The position numbers and the translations under genes are program-made. A DNA stretch of 64,000 nt from Basidiobolus meristosporus CBS 931.73 (lineage: Eukaryota; Fungi; Basidiobolomycota): the NCBI GenBank assembly GCA_002104905.1, contig MCFE01000013.1, positions 196,742 to 260,741 of the forward strand. The letters run 5' to 3'. Each line of letters begins with the position of its first letter. Position 1 is the stretch's first letter. The notes below the pieces were generated by a model. The model made no database searches. It was not told the origin of the DNA and saw nothing but the letters and a program-made list of their open reading frames with translations. Positions 25,601 to 37,634 of the stretch are shown here, in pieces.

Positions 25601-28413
25601 ATTGCAGGTCATCATTGAATCTTACATTCATGTAGGTGCAATGTCTCAAATACAAGACTGTCTTAAGTTCACATGAGTATTGACCAAAAAGTGACATAAT
25701 AGAGTGATGTTGTTGAAGGTCAAACTGTTTGCCCCATGGACAAAACTGCTTTGACTCAGCACCATGGGAGAGGACAAAAAAGACCATGTGGCTATTGTGG
25801 CAAGCCTCTTGGCCATGAAGCATGCAGACAGCATAGGAAGTATAACAAGGATCATGGCCAGTATTTTGACACCCAAGTAATATTTAACCATTCACTGGTC
25901 ACTAATGTACCAACATTATCTTGCTAGCCAGCTCATACTTCTGTATTGGCACCTGGCCCTCTTTGTCACCTTGCACAAACTGAGTCAGGGGAGTTTGTGA
26001 TGCCTTTAGGCTCACTTCAGCCTTCTGAATATGGCACGCAGAGTGATAGCTCTGACAAAGAAGGTTCACTGATGGATTTTGAGCCTATCCCTCTTAACAA
26101 CAGTACCAGGTCAAATCCCTATATTCAATGAGATAACACCTGTTGAAACAAATGCTAGGTATACTTTATGGGGCAGGTGAGTCCAGTAATCCATTAACTG
26201 GTAAAGGATGTAATGTTGTTGCTGGAGAAGTGGTGTGCTTTCACTAATATCAGTAATGGGGGCTTTGAAGATTTATTACTTCTTCTTGCCAAAATTGTAC
26301 CAGGATGCAACTTATCATGTACATGGTACAAGTGGACAACCATCATTCACCTGGCAACATATGATCCAGAAACTGTCCTAATTCCAGCATGAGCTAACAG
26401 TTGCATGGCATTCACATCCAAAAATTCTACCATTGCAACATGTCCAAATTGTCAGGAATCCACCACCATTAAGGGAAAACATTGTTCACACTCTGGATAT
26501 ATTCCAGTTATACCCTGTCTGAGGAGGCTGATGCAATCTGACAAATATTGCAAAGCTATACAGTACCGCACTCAGTACCAATCAAGTGCAAACATATCCG
26601 CTATATTTAATAGTAAATATTATAAACAGCTAAGAAGCAAGGGCTACTTTGAAGGTATGTATGACCATGCCTTTACTTTAGCACTTGATGGATTCTCATT
26701 AAACAAGTACTCTACCAGCACATACTGCTGGCCACTGTTTCTCATCAATCTGAATCTGCTGCCCATTGTACAGTATCAGAGCAATAATCTGAAAGTAATC
26801 TCACTGATAATTGGGCCTAAATCACCATCCAACCTGGATGGCTACCTGATCCATTGCTGGATGAATTATGCATGCTTCCCAGCAGGATAACAGTCAATGG
26901 CCATCATATAAAAGTGCATATTATTATCTGCATTGGAGATACCTGGGCCATCAGCATGATTGCAGGCTTTTCTGAGCACAATGGATGGCATTGCTGTTGA
27001 ATGTGTGAGATCCAGGGGATTTACTCCATAACTCACACACATTATTATTACCCAAATATCAGCACTAAGAACATCATCTTTCCACAGAGAGAGCATTCAG
27101 AAGTCAGCATACAATTGCAGCAAAGTTGGCAAGCTATAAGCCATTGACCAGAATATGGAATCAATAGGGAACTGAAGATACTTAAGATAGAGGGTATCTG
27201 TTGAAGCAAAAGCTTCCCACTGGGAGCAATGCATTTGCTTTTCAATAATATCCCTATACTGATGACCAACTTGCACATGGGGCATAACAAGCTAAATGAG
27301 CCCTTTGAGATACCAGAGAAATTTAAAGAATTGGCAAGATATTACAGAGTATCTGCTACCTTAAGAACTTCTCACAGGCTCCAATTAATATTCAGATGCA
27401 TATGCAATAATACAAATGCAAAGACTGGATGAACTGGATATTTACTTATTCAAGTGACATTCTGAAGCCACTCCTACCAAGAGTACATAGGAACCATTAG
27501 GAGTTATATGTGGATATTGTAGGAATATTGATCCAGAAGTGGATCACCAATGCCAACTTGACACATCAGCAGCTTTTGCGTAAACAGTTTTTGACAGGAT
27601 TTGAGCAGCCAAGCTACAGACATAAAGCTGCATGAGTAGATCTCTGCCACTACTATATCCATTCTCTACTCCATCTTTTATGGTGTGTGGGGAATATTGG
27701 GCGTTGCATCACCTTTTGGGAGTTTCCTATGGAGCAGATGTGTGGGGAGATAGGGAGGGGAGTCAAGTTGTAGGTACTACCATATCCCAATTGCATCAAG
27801 ATATTACCTTCAAGTCCAGCATGGATGAGATGAGTTAGCACATTGAGGACAGCCAGGAAGAGTTGGAAAATACTGAGGACAAATGTGCACATGGGGACAT
27901 CTATACCTATGGTTTTAAGAAGCTAAGCTGCCCCAATGTGTGGATAATCAGTTAAGTAATGCAAAGCTGGGTTGAGTGTAACAAGTAACTAATTTTTATT
28001 GGGAAAATTCTACCAAGGTATGCCAGATTTCTTGTGGTCACAAGCCAACTTCTATACCATTCAATATGGAATTCACATAAACAAAAGCCCAAGCACACCT
28101 ATAAGGGGGACTGGAATCCAGCAGGGAGAAGGAATATATTGGCTAAATACAAAGTACTTCTTTGTGTATATTCAGGAGGTATTAATGACAGAAGTGGCAA
28201 CAACCAAGCATATGTTTGCAAGATGTATTTGTTACCAGCAGTACAAGGTATATGGCAACTTTGCAAGTATCACACTAAAAAGCCATAAAGTTGAGGTGAT
28301 AGATGTATGTCAATTGCGGCTGGTGTGCACTTTTGCAGAGGTTAGTAAGCAGGAGGCCATAGTTTTTTTTTAATTGAACTATATGTGGCATACCCAAGGT
28401 AGTAATGGGTAAA
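22614..28413 (+). mobile_element. CACTA copy: terminus, ORF-A (minus, to ~25520, helical domain deleted) and transposase (plus, 25736-28373); cut by Ty3-B
   Basis: CCCTATGAAGAATTATTG terminus. ORF 26405..26890 has CPNC and ALDGFSLNKYS..CWPLFLINLNL..IGPKSPSNLDGYL. Confidence 0.85.
22718..23785 (+). repeat. Solo LTR-A in CACTA ORF-A
   Basis: TGTAGTAGGG start. Flanks CTGT/CTAT (4-bp TSD, 1 mismatch). Host is collinear. Confidence 0.88.
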
Positions 28414-28982
28414 TGTTATGATCTGCTGCTTGAATGTTTAAGTTAGATCAACTTTTAGTCAAATCAATTAGTATATGTTTAGGTTATCAGTATATCAGTA
28501 TTATCTATGAAATCAGTAGCATTAGTTAGCAAATGAATCAGCATATCCTTATCAGACAGAAATAGATATATTAAGTAGGATCCTATTGGGTGATGATGAT
28601 GTAATCAAATGAGTCATCAGCCACACCTACATTAGGAAATACAATTAGTCAGCAATTGATCTGGCAAAATGTACATAAGGAGCTGCTGGAACCTCAATAA
28701 AGATCAGTTCAAGTTTTAGTGAAATCAACACTAGCTAAACTCCCCATTCCTCTACAACTCTTATACCAAGACTTGTAACATTGGTAGCAGCAATAACCAG
28801 AAACCTCCCTCCTGCAGAAAGAAGAAGCCTCCCTCAAGATGTTGGAAAATCAAGAATGGAAGAATGCTATGCAGCAAATCCTGGTCCAGCAGCAACAGTT
28901 ACTCCAGATCCTGAGCCAGCAGCAACAAGGAATGACTAACATGGCCCAAAGCTAGCAAAACCCTGTCAAGAACAACTTTAGT

Positions 28983-29850
28983 GTGAAGGTCAACCAGTAC
29001 CATGGCAGAGTCAATGAAAACCTGGGAACTTGGCTCTTTCAGATTGAAGAAGCTTTTAAAGCTAAAGGAATTGCTCCAGAAAGCAAGTTGCATTATGTAG
29101 CTTCTTACCTGGCAGATGCAGCTTTACAGTGGTACCACAACAAGATCAGGTCAGCAACAATGATGGGATGCTCTACAATCTCTTATTGGGATGAGATTGT
29201 GTTGGAAATTCAGGATGCTTTTGAAACCTCCACACCAGCAGACACTACTAAGAAGGAAGTTAAAGACACTTAGACAGAAAGGAATGGTTCAAGGATACAT
29301 CTATGAATATAGATGTCTACTTGGACAAATTGAAAGAATGGACCCCCTGGATCAAGTTGAATACTTTATTGATGGGTTGAAAGAAAGAACTTGCAAGGAA
29401 GTGAATTACCAAAGACCTCAGACTATTGAAGAAGCCATCAAGATTGCCATTGACTATGCCTCAGCTACGTTTGGAGTCAGGAAGCCCACAATGACTAATC
29501 AGAGAGGCTACAATCACTATGAAAGAAGACAATCAGAAGCAGTGCCAATGGAAATAGATGCTATGCCAAAGAATCCTATCTCAGAAGAATGTAAGCAGAA
29601 AGGACTTTGCTTCAATTGCCACCAGCAAGGACATATTGCAAAGTACTGCCCCCAGAGAAGAAATGGACACCAGCCAACAAGAACCTTCAACCATAATAAG
29701 TCCCATGATCACAGTTATGTGGAGGATGAGCTTGAAGAAGACTTGGAACTTACCTTCCATATGACAGAAGAGTACTTGTCCCAAATGACCTCAAACTCAG
29801 GGAAGTTATTGTATTTAAATGGAGTAATCAATGGAGTACCTGCCAAAATC
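28983..29850 (+). pseudogene. gag: Family B gag (Retrotrans_gag-like plus CCHC knuckle) and start of protease, one frameshift
   Basis: WLFQIEEAF, LRQKG.VQGYI.EY, VPMEID, CFNCHQQGHIAKYC. Confidence 0.9.
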
Positions 29851-30293
29851 TGTTGTAAAAATTTGTATTTCCACCTAAATACTCACCTAACTTGGTCACT
29901 TAGATCATTACCTTCAAATCCTAGAGAATACTGACCAAATTCCTTGTCGGGATTTACTTAGAATATTTTCACCAAAATACCAGGTACCCAGAACATGATA
30001 ATTCTCAAAGTTGTCCAAACAGCCCCAAACTTTGCACACATGTTCTTGGGACCTTCCTTAGCCTATTCCTTGTGTTTGTAATGCCAAGACCAGGTAAAAG
30101 TATAAATACTACTTTTACATTCAATAAATCATTAAGTGAAAACCGCATAATCTACTTGTTCTCCCAATCACTTCCAATATCTCCAAGACTCTTACAACAG
30201 GTTATGAGCCCAAAGCTGTCACTCTCTGCAATGTCTACTACTGCTATTACTGGAATTTTTCCCTCTGCTGAAAAGTTGGATGGTTCTAACTAG
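29851..30293 (+). mobile_element. Copia 5' LTR (29851-30199), PBS and first ~20 gag codons, replacing the Ty3-B protease active site
   Basis: TGTTG...ACAACA, PBS GGTTATGAGCCC (copia-type), MSTTAITGIFPSAEKLDGSN. The host reads GVPAKI | GASHEYMS. Confidence 0.9.
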
Positions 30294-33200
30294 GAGCATC
30301 ACATGAATACATGTCAGAACAATTTGCCTTGAAAGCTGGAATCAACTTGGAACCTACCAAATCAACTTTAGTCTCCACAGCTGATGGGAACTCTCACATA
30401 ATCAACCGTATTACCCAGCCAGTAAGAATGAAGATCAATGACTATGAAGAAGACCTACAGGCTTATATATTTGGGAACTGCAAGTTTGACCTTGTACTTG
30501 GGAGAGCAATTTGCTTTGAAAGCTGGAATCAACTCAGAACCCACCAAATCAACTTCAGTCTCAACAGCTGATGGGAACTCTCACATAATCAATCATTTTA
30601 CTCAGCCAGTAAGGATGATGATCAGTGAGTATGAAGAAGCTCTACTGGCCTATATATTTGGGAATGCAAGTTTGACCTTGTACTTGGGAAAACCTGGCTA
30701 TTTTGTTGGAATTCATCAATCAACTGGAGAACCCATGCTACTCAGATCCAAAAGGACAACAAGACCTATGAGCTATTACCTGCCAGGCTGGATTTCATCT
30801 TGGTCAATTCCAGTATGTGTGAGACAAGTGCACTTAGCAAGACCAAGTTCTGTAGAGCACTTAGAAAAGGTACCCAGATGTTCCTTATGGCTGTATTATA
30901 GGAGTATTCCTCTTCCTCAGCACCCCAGCAGGTTCAGACTCTCTTGAAGAAATATTCAGACGTGTTTGCAGATCAGCTTGTAAGCCTACCACCAGTCAGA
31001 GATGTGGATCATGCCATTGACACAGGAGATAGCTCTCCAGTGAGCAAGACACCTTACAAAATGAGTCCGTTGGAATTGGAGGAAATGAAGACACAAATTG
31101 ATCAGCTATTGGAGCAAGGATATATCAGACCCAGCAAGTCACCTTGGGGAGCACCAGTACTTTTGGTGAAGAATAAGGATGGAACACTTAGGATGTGCAT
31201 TGACTACACAGCCCTCAACTCAGCCACTGTGAAGAATAAGTAACCATACCTCAGATTGATGAGCTTTTAGACCAATTCAATGGAGCCACTATTTTTAGTA
31301 AGATTGACCTCATGTCAGGATACAACTAGATTAGGGTGAAGCCAGAAGACATCCCTAAGACAGCATTAAGGACCAGATATGGACATTATGAATACTTAGT
31401 CATGAGCTTTGGCCTCACCAATGCCCCTGCAACATTCATGACCCTGATGCAGACTGTCTTCCAGGAGTACTTTGACAAGTTTGTCATAATCTACCTAGAT
31501 GATATACTGATATACAGGAAGATAGAAGAGGATCACTTGGTGCAAATTGAAAAGGTCTTGAAGAAGCTAAGAGTAAACAAGCTTTATGGCAAGCTACCCA
31601 AGTGTGAATTCTTCAAGGAACACATTGAATACCTGGGACACATGGTAACTAGCAAAGGAGTGACCTTAGACCCTAAGAAGGTTGAAGTTATCAAGATTTT
31701 GAAGCAGCCCCATAGCATATCAGAACTCAGATCATTCCTTGGAATGGTTTCCTATTATTGGAGATTTGTCAGGTCCTTTGCAGGTATTGCAGCCCCTTTA
31801 ACTGATATCCTCAAGAAAGACAACACCTATAAGTGGGACATAGCTTGTGAGACTGCCTTTCAGACGCTCAAGAATGAACTTGCTAAACTACCAAGCTTAA
31901 GAATACCTGACTTCAGAAAAGAGCTTACTCTGTGCACAGATGCTTCAGATTATGCCATTGGTGGAGTGTTGAGTCAAGAACACAAGGGAAAGGACTACCC
32001 TTTTGCCTTTGAATCCAAGAAACTGAACTCAGCAGAACAAAACTATCCAGTCCATGAGAAGGAGATGTTTGCTATACTACACTGTTTGAAGACATGGAGA
32101 TGCTATATTAAAGGAGTCAAATGCACTGTGAAGACTGATCATGCCTTCCTCAAGTATATATTTACTCTGAAGGTACCGTCTAGAAGAATGACAAGATGGA
32201 GTGAATACATTCAGCAATTTGACTTGGATATTGTCTACTGCCCTGGAAAAAACAACACGGTTGCTGATGCCTTATCAAGATTAGATCAAGTTGCACAACT
32301 CAACTTGGTGCATAAATCAGATTGGCCTAGCCTATTACCAAAGTACTTGGAGCACCAAGCCATTCCCAATGAGGTGGATGAACATATCAAAAAGATAATC
32401 CAGGATGAAGCCAGCAAATTTGTAGTACAGGATGTAACACTCTACCAAGTTGTTGATGGAAGCCCTATTGCCTATTGCCCTTATGTTTCTCACCTGGATT
32501 TAATACATAAGCTACACAATGGATATGGACATCTTGGGATTGAAGGAACCTGTAGTCTTGTGAAATCCAGAGCATGGTGGCCCAGAATGAAACAAGACAT
32601 TGAGAAGCTAGTGAAAGCATGCCCAAATTGCCAAATCAACAAAGGCCAACCACAGAGAATTGCCAAACTCTTTCCCTTGGAGCCTGTAAGACCATTTGAA
32701 AGATGGGGAATTGACTTTATTGAAACACTGCCTACCACCAGGATATACAACTGTTGGATCCTAGTAGCAATTGACCATGCCACAAAATGGCCAGTGGCTA
32801 AAGCTGTACCTATAGCCAGTGAACAAGAAGTTGCAAGTTTCATCTACCATGATATCCTTATGAAGCTTGGATGCTCTGTAGAGATTATATCTGATAGAGG
32901 TGCAATCTTTATGGCAAAGACATTGGAGGCTTAACTGGAAATGCAGCAGATTTGACACTTGAAAACCTTTGCATATCACCCCAGAACTAATGGAGTCACT
33001 GAGCGGTTTAATGGATTATTTGGAAAAATGCTGACCAAGTATGCAAATATAATTGTCAGTAGATGGGATGAGTATATAGACCAAGCACTCTTAGCATGCA
33101 GAGTCAGAGTACACAACACCACCCAGCAATCACCATTTTACTTAGTGTATGGATGTGAACTAAGGATTCCAGGAGATTTCACACAACCAAAGCATACAGA

Positions 33201-33598
33201 CACCTTAGAAGATGAACTTAGTCAGCCAAGTAGACACCAGCAACTGCAGCAAAGACATCAAGAGGCACAGACCAAAGTATCCTAAAGTGCAGAAAAGATG
33301 AAGCAGAGATTTAATAAGACTATAGCACCAGAAGCATTGACAGTTGGGAACTTTGTATTACTAAGAAACAACACTTGGAAGAAGTCTGAGTCATAATGGA
33401 CAGGACCATTCATGATCATCAGAGAATGTCCATTTGCAACTTACCAACTAGTGGACAAACAAGGCAATATCTGGGAAGACTTAGTGCATAGGGACAGACT
33501 CAAACTTGCAAGACTTGCTGATAATACCTAACCATCAAGATATTGGTACCACAAGAAAAGAGATTCAGGAGAACCCTCTCAACTTTAGTAGAGGAGAA
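30294..33598 (+). pseudogene. pol: Family B pol (protease, RT, RNase H, integrase with GPF motif), stops and frameshifts
   Basis: [32 protein letters not shown] and WTGPF motifs. No chromodomain seen. Confidence 0.95.
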
Positions 33599-33965
33599 TG
33601 TTATGATCTGCCGCTTGAATGTTTAAGTTAGATCAGTTTTCAGTCAAATCAATTAGTATATATTTAGGTTATCAGTATATCAGTATTATCTATGAAATCA
33701 GTAGCATTAGTCAGCAAATGAATCAGCAGATCCTTATCAAACAGAAATAGATATATTAAGTAGGATCTTATTGGGTGATGATGATGCAATCAAATGAGTC
33801 ATCAGCCACACCTACATTAGGAAATACAATTAGTCAGCAATTGATCTGGCAAAATGTACATAAGGAGCTGCTGGAACCTCAATAAAGATCAGTTCAAGTT
33901 TTAGTGAATACAATACTAGCTAAACTCCCTATTCCTCTACAACTCTTATACCAAGAGTTCTAACA

Positions 33966-34430
33966 CTATGTTGGCATCAACCTGGTCTTATATGAAATAT
34001 ATATCAAAACTAATGTGAATATTGAACTTTCCATATATTATGCATGATGCATCTTGGACTGCATTGTAATGGATAAGATCATATTAATTGCAGATTTCCT
34101 ATTTGATTATAGAGTTATAAGTAAGCCACCAATAAAGTCACTAAGCCATTGTTTGAGGATGCTTTTGCAACAAAATGATGGGATACATGGCAAATGATGT
34201 AGATTTAATCATAAAGCATGAAAATCAGATAAATTAAGCTGATTGCACCAAATTGATTCATATCACTGCTATTCAATCAAATACCAACTTTAATATGACT
34301 TACCCGTCTGAGTGGTCTTTTATCATCAATCCCATCACCACCACTGGATTTCCTTTTGACACATCTGAAGAGACCTATATCAAGTACTATGGACCAGCTA
34401 CCTTGACATACTCAAGGAGATCTGTGGTAA
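33966..34430 (+). mobile_element. Harbinger-like fragment (intergenic region and transposase N-terminus)
   Basis: Reverse-complement match to 39120-39580. MTYPSEWSFIINPITTTGFPF. Confidence 0.8.
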
Positions 34431-35064
34431 TAGAAAGCATTCTACTACTATAATATCTCAAAATCAATATTGCACTCATTTCTTTATTTTTGCTATTGTA
34501 ACACACAAGTGAAAAATCAAAAAATTCCAGCTTTGAAGAACAAATACCCCGGACCCTGACAAGCAATCCACCCAAGAATATTATGTCATATAGAGCAAGC
34601 AGTAGCCAACACATGTTTCAGATTACAGCTCATTTGAAGCAGTACTTCAGGAGTTATGACCAAAAGAGTCCAATTATTATATATACTAGGCCTCTATTGC
34701 TAGGATTACTCTAGTGACTTTGATTGCATGTAACTTTTGAATCAGCCAATAAATCATGTGAAGTTTCTACAGGTGCTCCGCCTATGTCTGATCTGTGCCA
34801 CTGCAAAATTTGGCTTCATATCATGTGTATTGCTTGCGCAATTGCTCAAACACTTTGATCCTTCATAAATTGCATGTATATGACTTCCCCAGCTGAAAAA
34901 TAAGGAGAGCCAGCAATGACAAGTTTAAAGGTCATAAGACCTCTCCTGAATCACTTGTATTGTTGAGTATTCTGACTTTGATTGGTACTACAGCAGTAAA
35001 GAGACTGCAAATCTCACAAGAATTCACTCTAAGTTCTACAAGAGCACTATCACTTTTCTGTCAG

Positions 35065-35225
35065 AAAAGTCCCCTTTAGAGACCCCTTTAAGAAGCCCTA
35101 TTACTCTAAAGAAGCCCCTTTAGGCACCTCTTTAGTGTATAGTCCACTTTAGAGACCACTGCAAGAAGCCCCTTTACTTTAAAGTCACCCCTTTAGACAC
35201 CCCATTAGGTCTAAAGACCCCCCCG
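35065..35225. repeat. Cluster of short imperfect CCCCTTTAG(A) repeats in an unassigned segment
   Basis: About 8-10 degenerate copies of (GA/AG)CCCCTTTA(G), irregularly spaced. Confidence 0.6.
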
Positions 35226-37634
35226 GTCAGAGACCATCACAACAACAGCAGCTTGGAATTAGTGACCCTCCTGACAATCTTATAACAAGATCATGATGGT
35301 GTTTTGCAAATTTTACAGCTAAAGGGATAAAACTTGACAACTTTTGATTGGTGCTCTGACAATATTTGCATGTTATTGTTGCGGTCTTTCAGTGCTCTAT
35401 TGCTATTCTAAGTGGATCCAGTTGGCCAGGACTTCCAATTGCCTTATATGGCAAGAAACTTGACGGTATTTTGATGGCCTCACAGCAAGACTCTGATGGC
35501 TTTTTCTTGGCAGTATGATGGCCTGCTGCTGGTTCTGTATAATGCTACCATACCAATTTACCAAATGGTTTTCCCTTTTCTACCTCCCCTTGTGCAATTC
35601 ATATATTCCACTGTAGAATCACCTTTCTTTATTTGCTTACCCACTACTACCTTGGGTATTCCACATGTAGTTTGAATCAAAAAAAAATATGGCCTCCTGC
35701 TTACTAACCTCTACAAACGCGCACACCTGCCACAATTGACATACTTCTATCACCTCAACTTTACGGCTTTTTAGTGTGATACATGCAAAGTTGCCATATA
35801 CCTTGTACTGCTGGTAGCATATACATCTTGCAAACATATGATTGGTTGTTGCCACTTCTGCCATGAATACATCCTGAATTTTGGCAAAGAACTTCTTGGT
35901 ATTTAGCCAATATATTCCTTCTCCCTGCTGGATTCTAGTCCCCCTTATAGGTGCGCTCTGACTTTTGTTTGTGTGAATTCCGTATTGAATGGTGTAGAAG
36001 TTGGCTTGTGACCACAAGAAATCCGGCATATCTTGATGGAGTTTTCCTGATAAAAATTAGTTGCTTGTTGCACCCAACCCAACTTTGCATTACTTAACTG
36101 ATTACCCATGCATTGGGGCTGCTTAGCTTCTTAATGCCATAGGCATAGGTGTCTCCATGAGCACATTTGTCCTCAGTATTTTCCAACTCTTTCTGGCTGT
36201 CCTCCATGTGCCAACTCATCACATTGATGATGGACTTGAAGGTAATATTCTTGATGAGATTGGGATATGGTAGTACCTGCAACTTGACTTGTCTTCCTAT
36301 CTCCCCACACATCTGCTCCATAGGAAACTCCCAAAAGGTGAAGCAAGGTCCATTATCTTCCACACACAGTGCAAGATGGAGTAGAGAATGGATACAGTAG
36401 CGGCAGAGATCTACATGTTCAGCTTTATGTTTGTAGTATAGCCACTCAAATCCCATCACAAACTCCTCACACAACAGCTGTAGATGCGTCAAGTTGGCAC
36501 TGGTGATCTGCTTCTGGATAAATATTCCTACAATGTCCATATATGACTCCCAATGCTTCCAATGTACTCTTGGTAAAAATGGCTTCAGAACACCACTTGA
36601 ATAAATACATATCCAGTCCATCCAGTCTTTGCATTTGTATTGTTGCATATGCGTATGAATATTAATTGGAGCCTGTGAGAAGTACTTAGGGTAGCAGATA
36701 CTCTGCAATATCTTGCCAATTTTTTCAAATTTCTCCAGTATCTCAAAGGGCTCATTTAGCTTGAAATGCCCCATGTACAACTTGGTCATCAATATAGGGA
36801 TATTATTGAAAAGCAAATGCATTGCTCCCAGTGGAACGCTTTTGCTCCAACGGATACCCTCTATCTTAAGTATCTCTGGTTTCCAATTGATTCCTTATTC
36901 TGGCCAATGGCTTATAGCTTGCCAACTTTGCTGCAATTGCATGCTTACTTCTGTTTGTTCTCTCTGTGGAAAGATGATGTTCTTAGTGCTGGTGTTTGGG
37001 TAATAATAATGTGTGTGAGTTATGGAGTAATTCTACTGGATCTCACACATTTGACAGCAATACTGTCCATTGTGCCTGGAAAAACCTGCTATCTTGCTGA
37101 TGGCTGGGGTATCTCCAATGCAGATAATAATATGCGCTTTTACATGATGGCCATTCATTGTTATCCCGCTGGAAAGCATACAAAATTCATTCAGCAATGG
37201 ATACAGGTAGCTATCCAGGTTTGATGGTGATTTAGACCAAGATACCAGTGAGACTACCATCAGATTATTGCTCTGATGCTGTAAGATGGGCAGCAGATTC
37301 AGATTGATGAGAATTAGTGGCCAGCAGGATTTGCTGGTAGAGTACTTGTTTAGTGAGAATCCATCAAGTGCTAAAGCAAAGGCATGGTCATACATACCTT
37401 CAAAGTAGCCCTTGTTTCTGAGCTGTTTGTAATGTTTGCCATCAAATAAATTAGACTTGTTCCATTGGATAGTGCCACATAGTGCCAGCCTGTTTATGGT
37501 GCCAGATCAATCTGGCACTCTACAGCACTATCTGGCACAATAATATATACCATGATGCCAGTGGTATGGTACAGTTACTGGTAATTTTACTCAATCTTAC
37601 TATGTTGCTCAGAATAGTGCTGTCCTTGCTTTAT

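Larger units (their letters stand above)
28414..33965 (+). mobile_element. Ty3/gypsy family B element with two 367-bp LTRs (28414-28780, 33599-33965), defective
   Basis: TG...CA LTRs with about 16 differences by hand count. PBS TGGTAGCAG (iMet-like) at 28782 and PPT AGTAGAGGAGAA. Gag-PR-RT-RH-IN order. No TSD. Confidence 0.95.

Noticed and set aside
33300-33598. Chromodomain or env-like ORF after Ty3-B integrase
   Set aside because: The frame ends shortly after the GPF motif at the PPT. There is no room and no aromatic-cage motif.
28409-33970. TSDs for the two-LTR Ty3-B and for the plus-strand copia (50894-55898)
   Set aside because: Flanks do not match (GTAAA/CTATG; CAAAT/GTATG), so neither is reported as a clean intact insertion.
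35065-35225. CRISPR-like or telomere-like array
   Set aside because: Repeats are about 9 bp, degenerate and irregularly spaced. There are no cas genes and the context is eukaryotic. They are not tandem TTAGGG.
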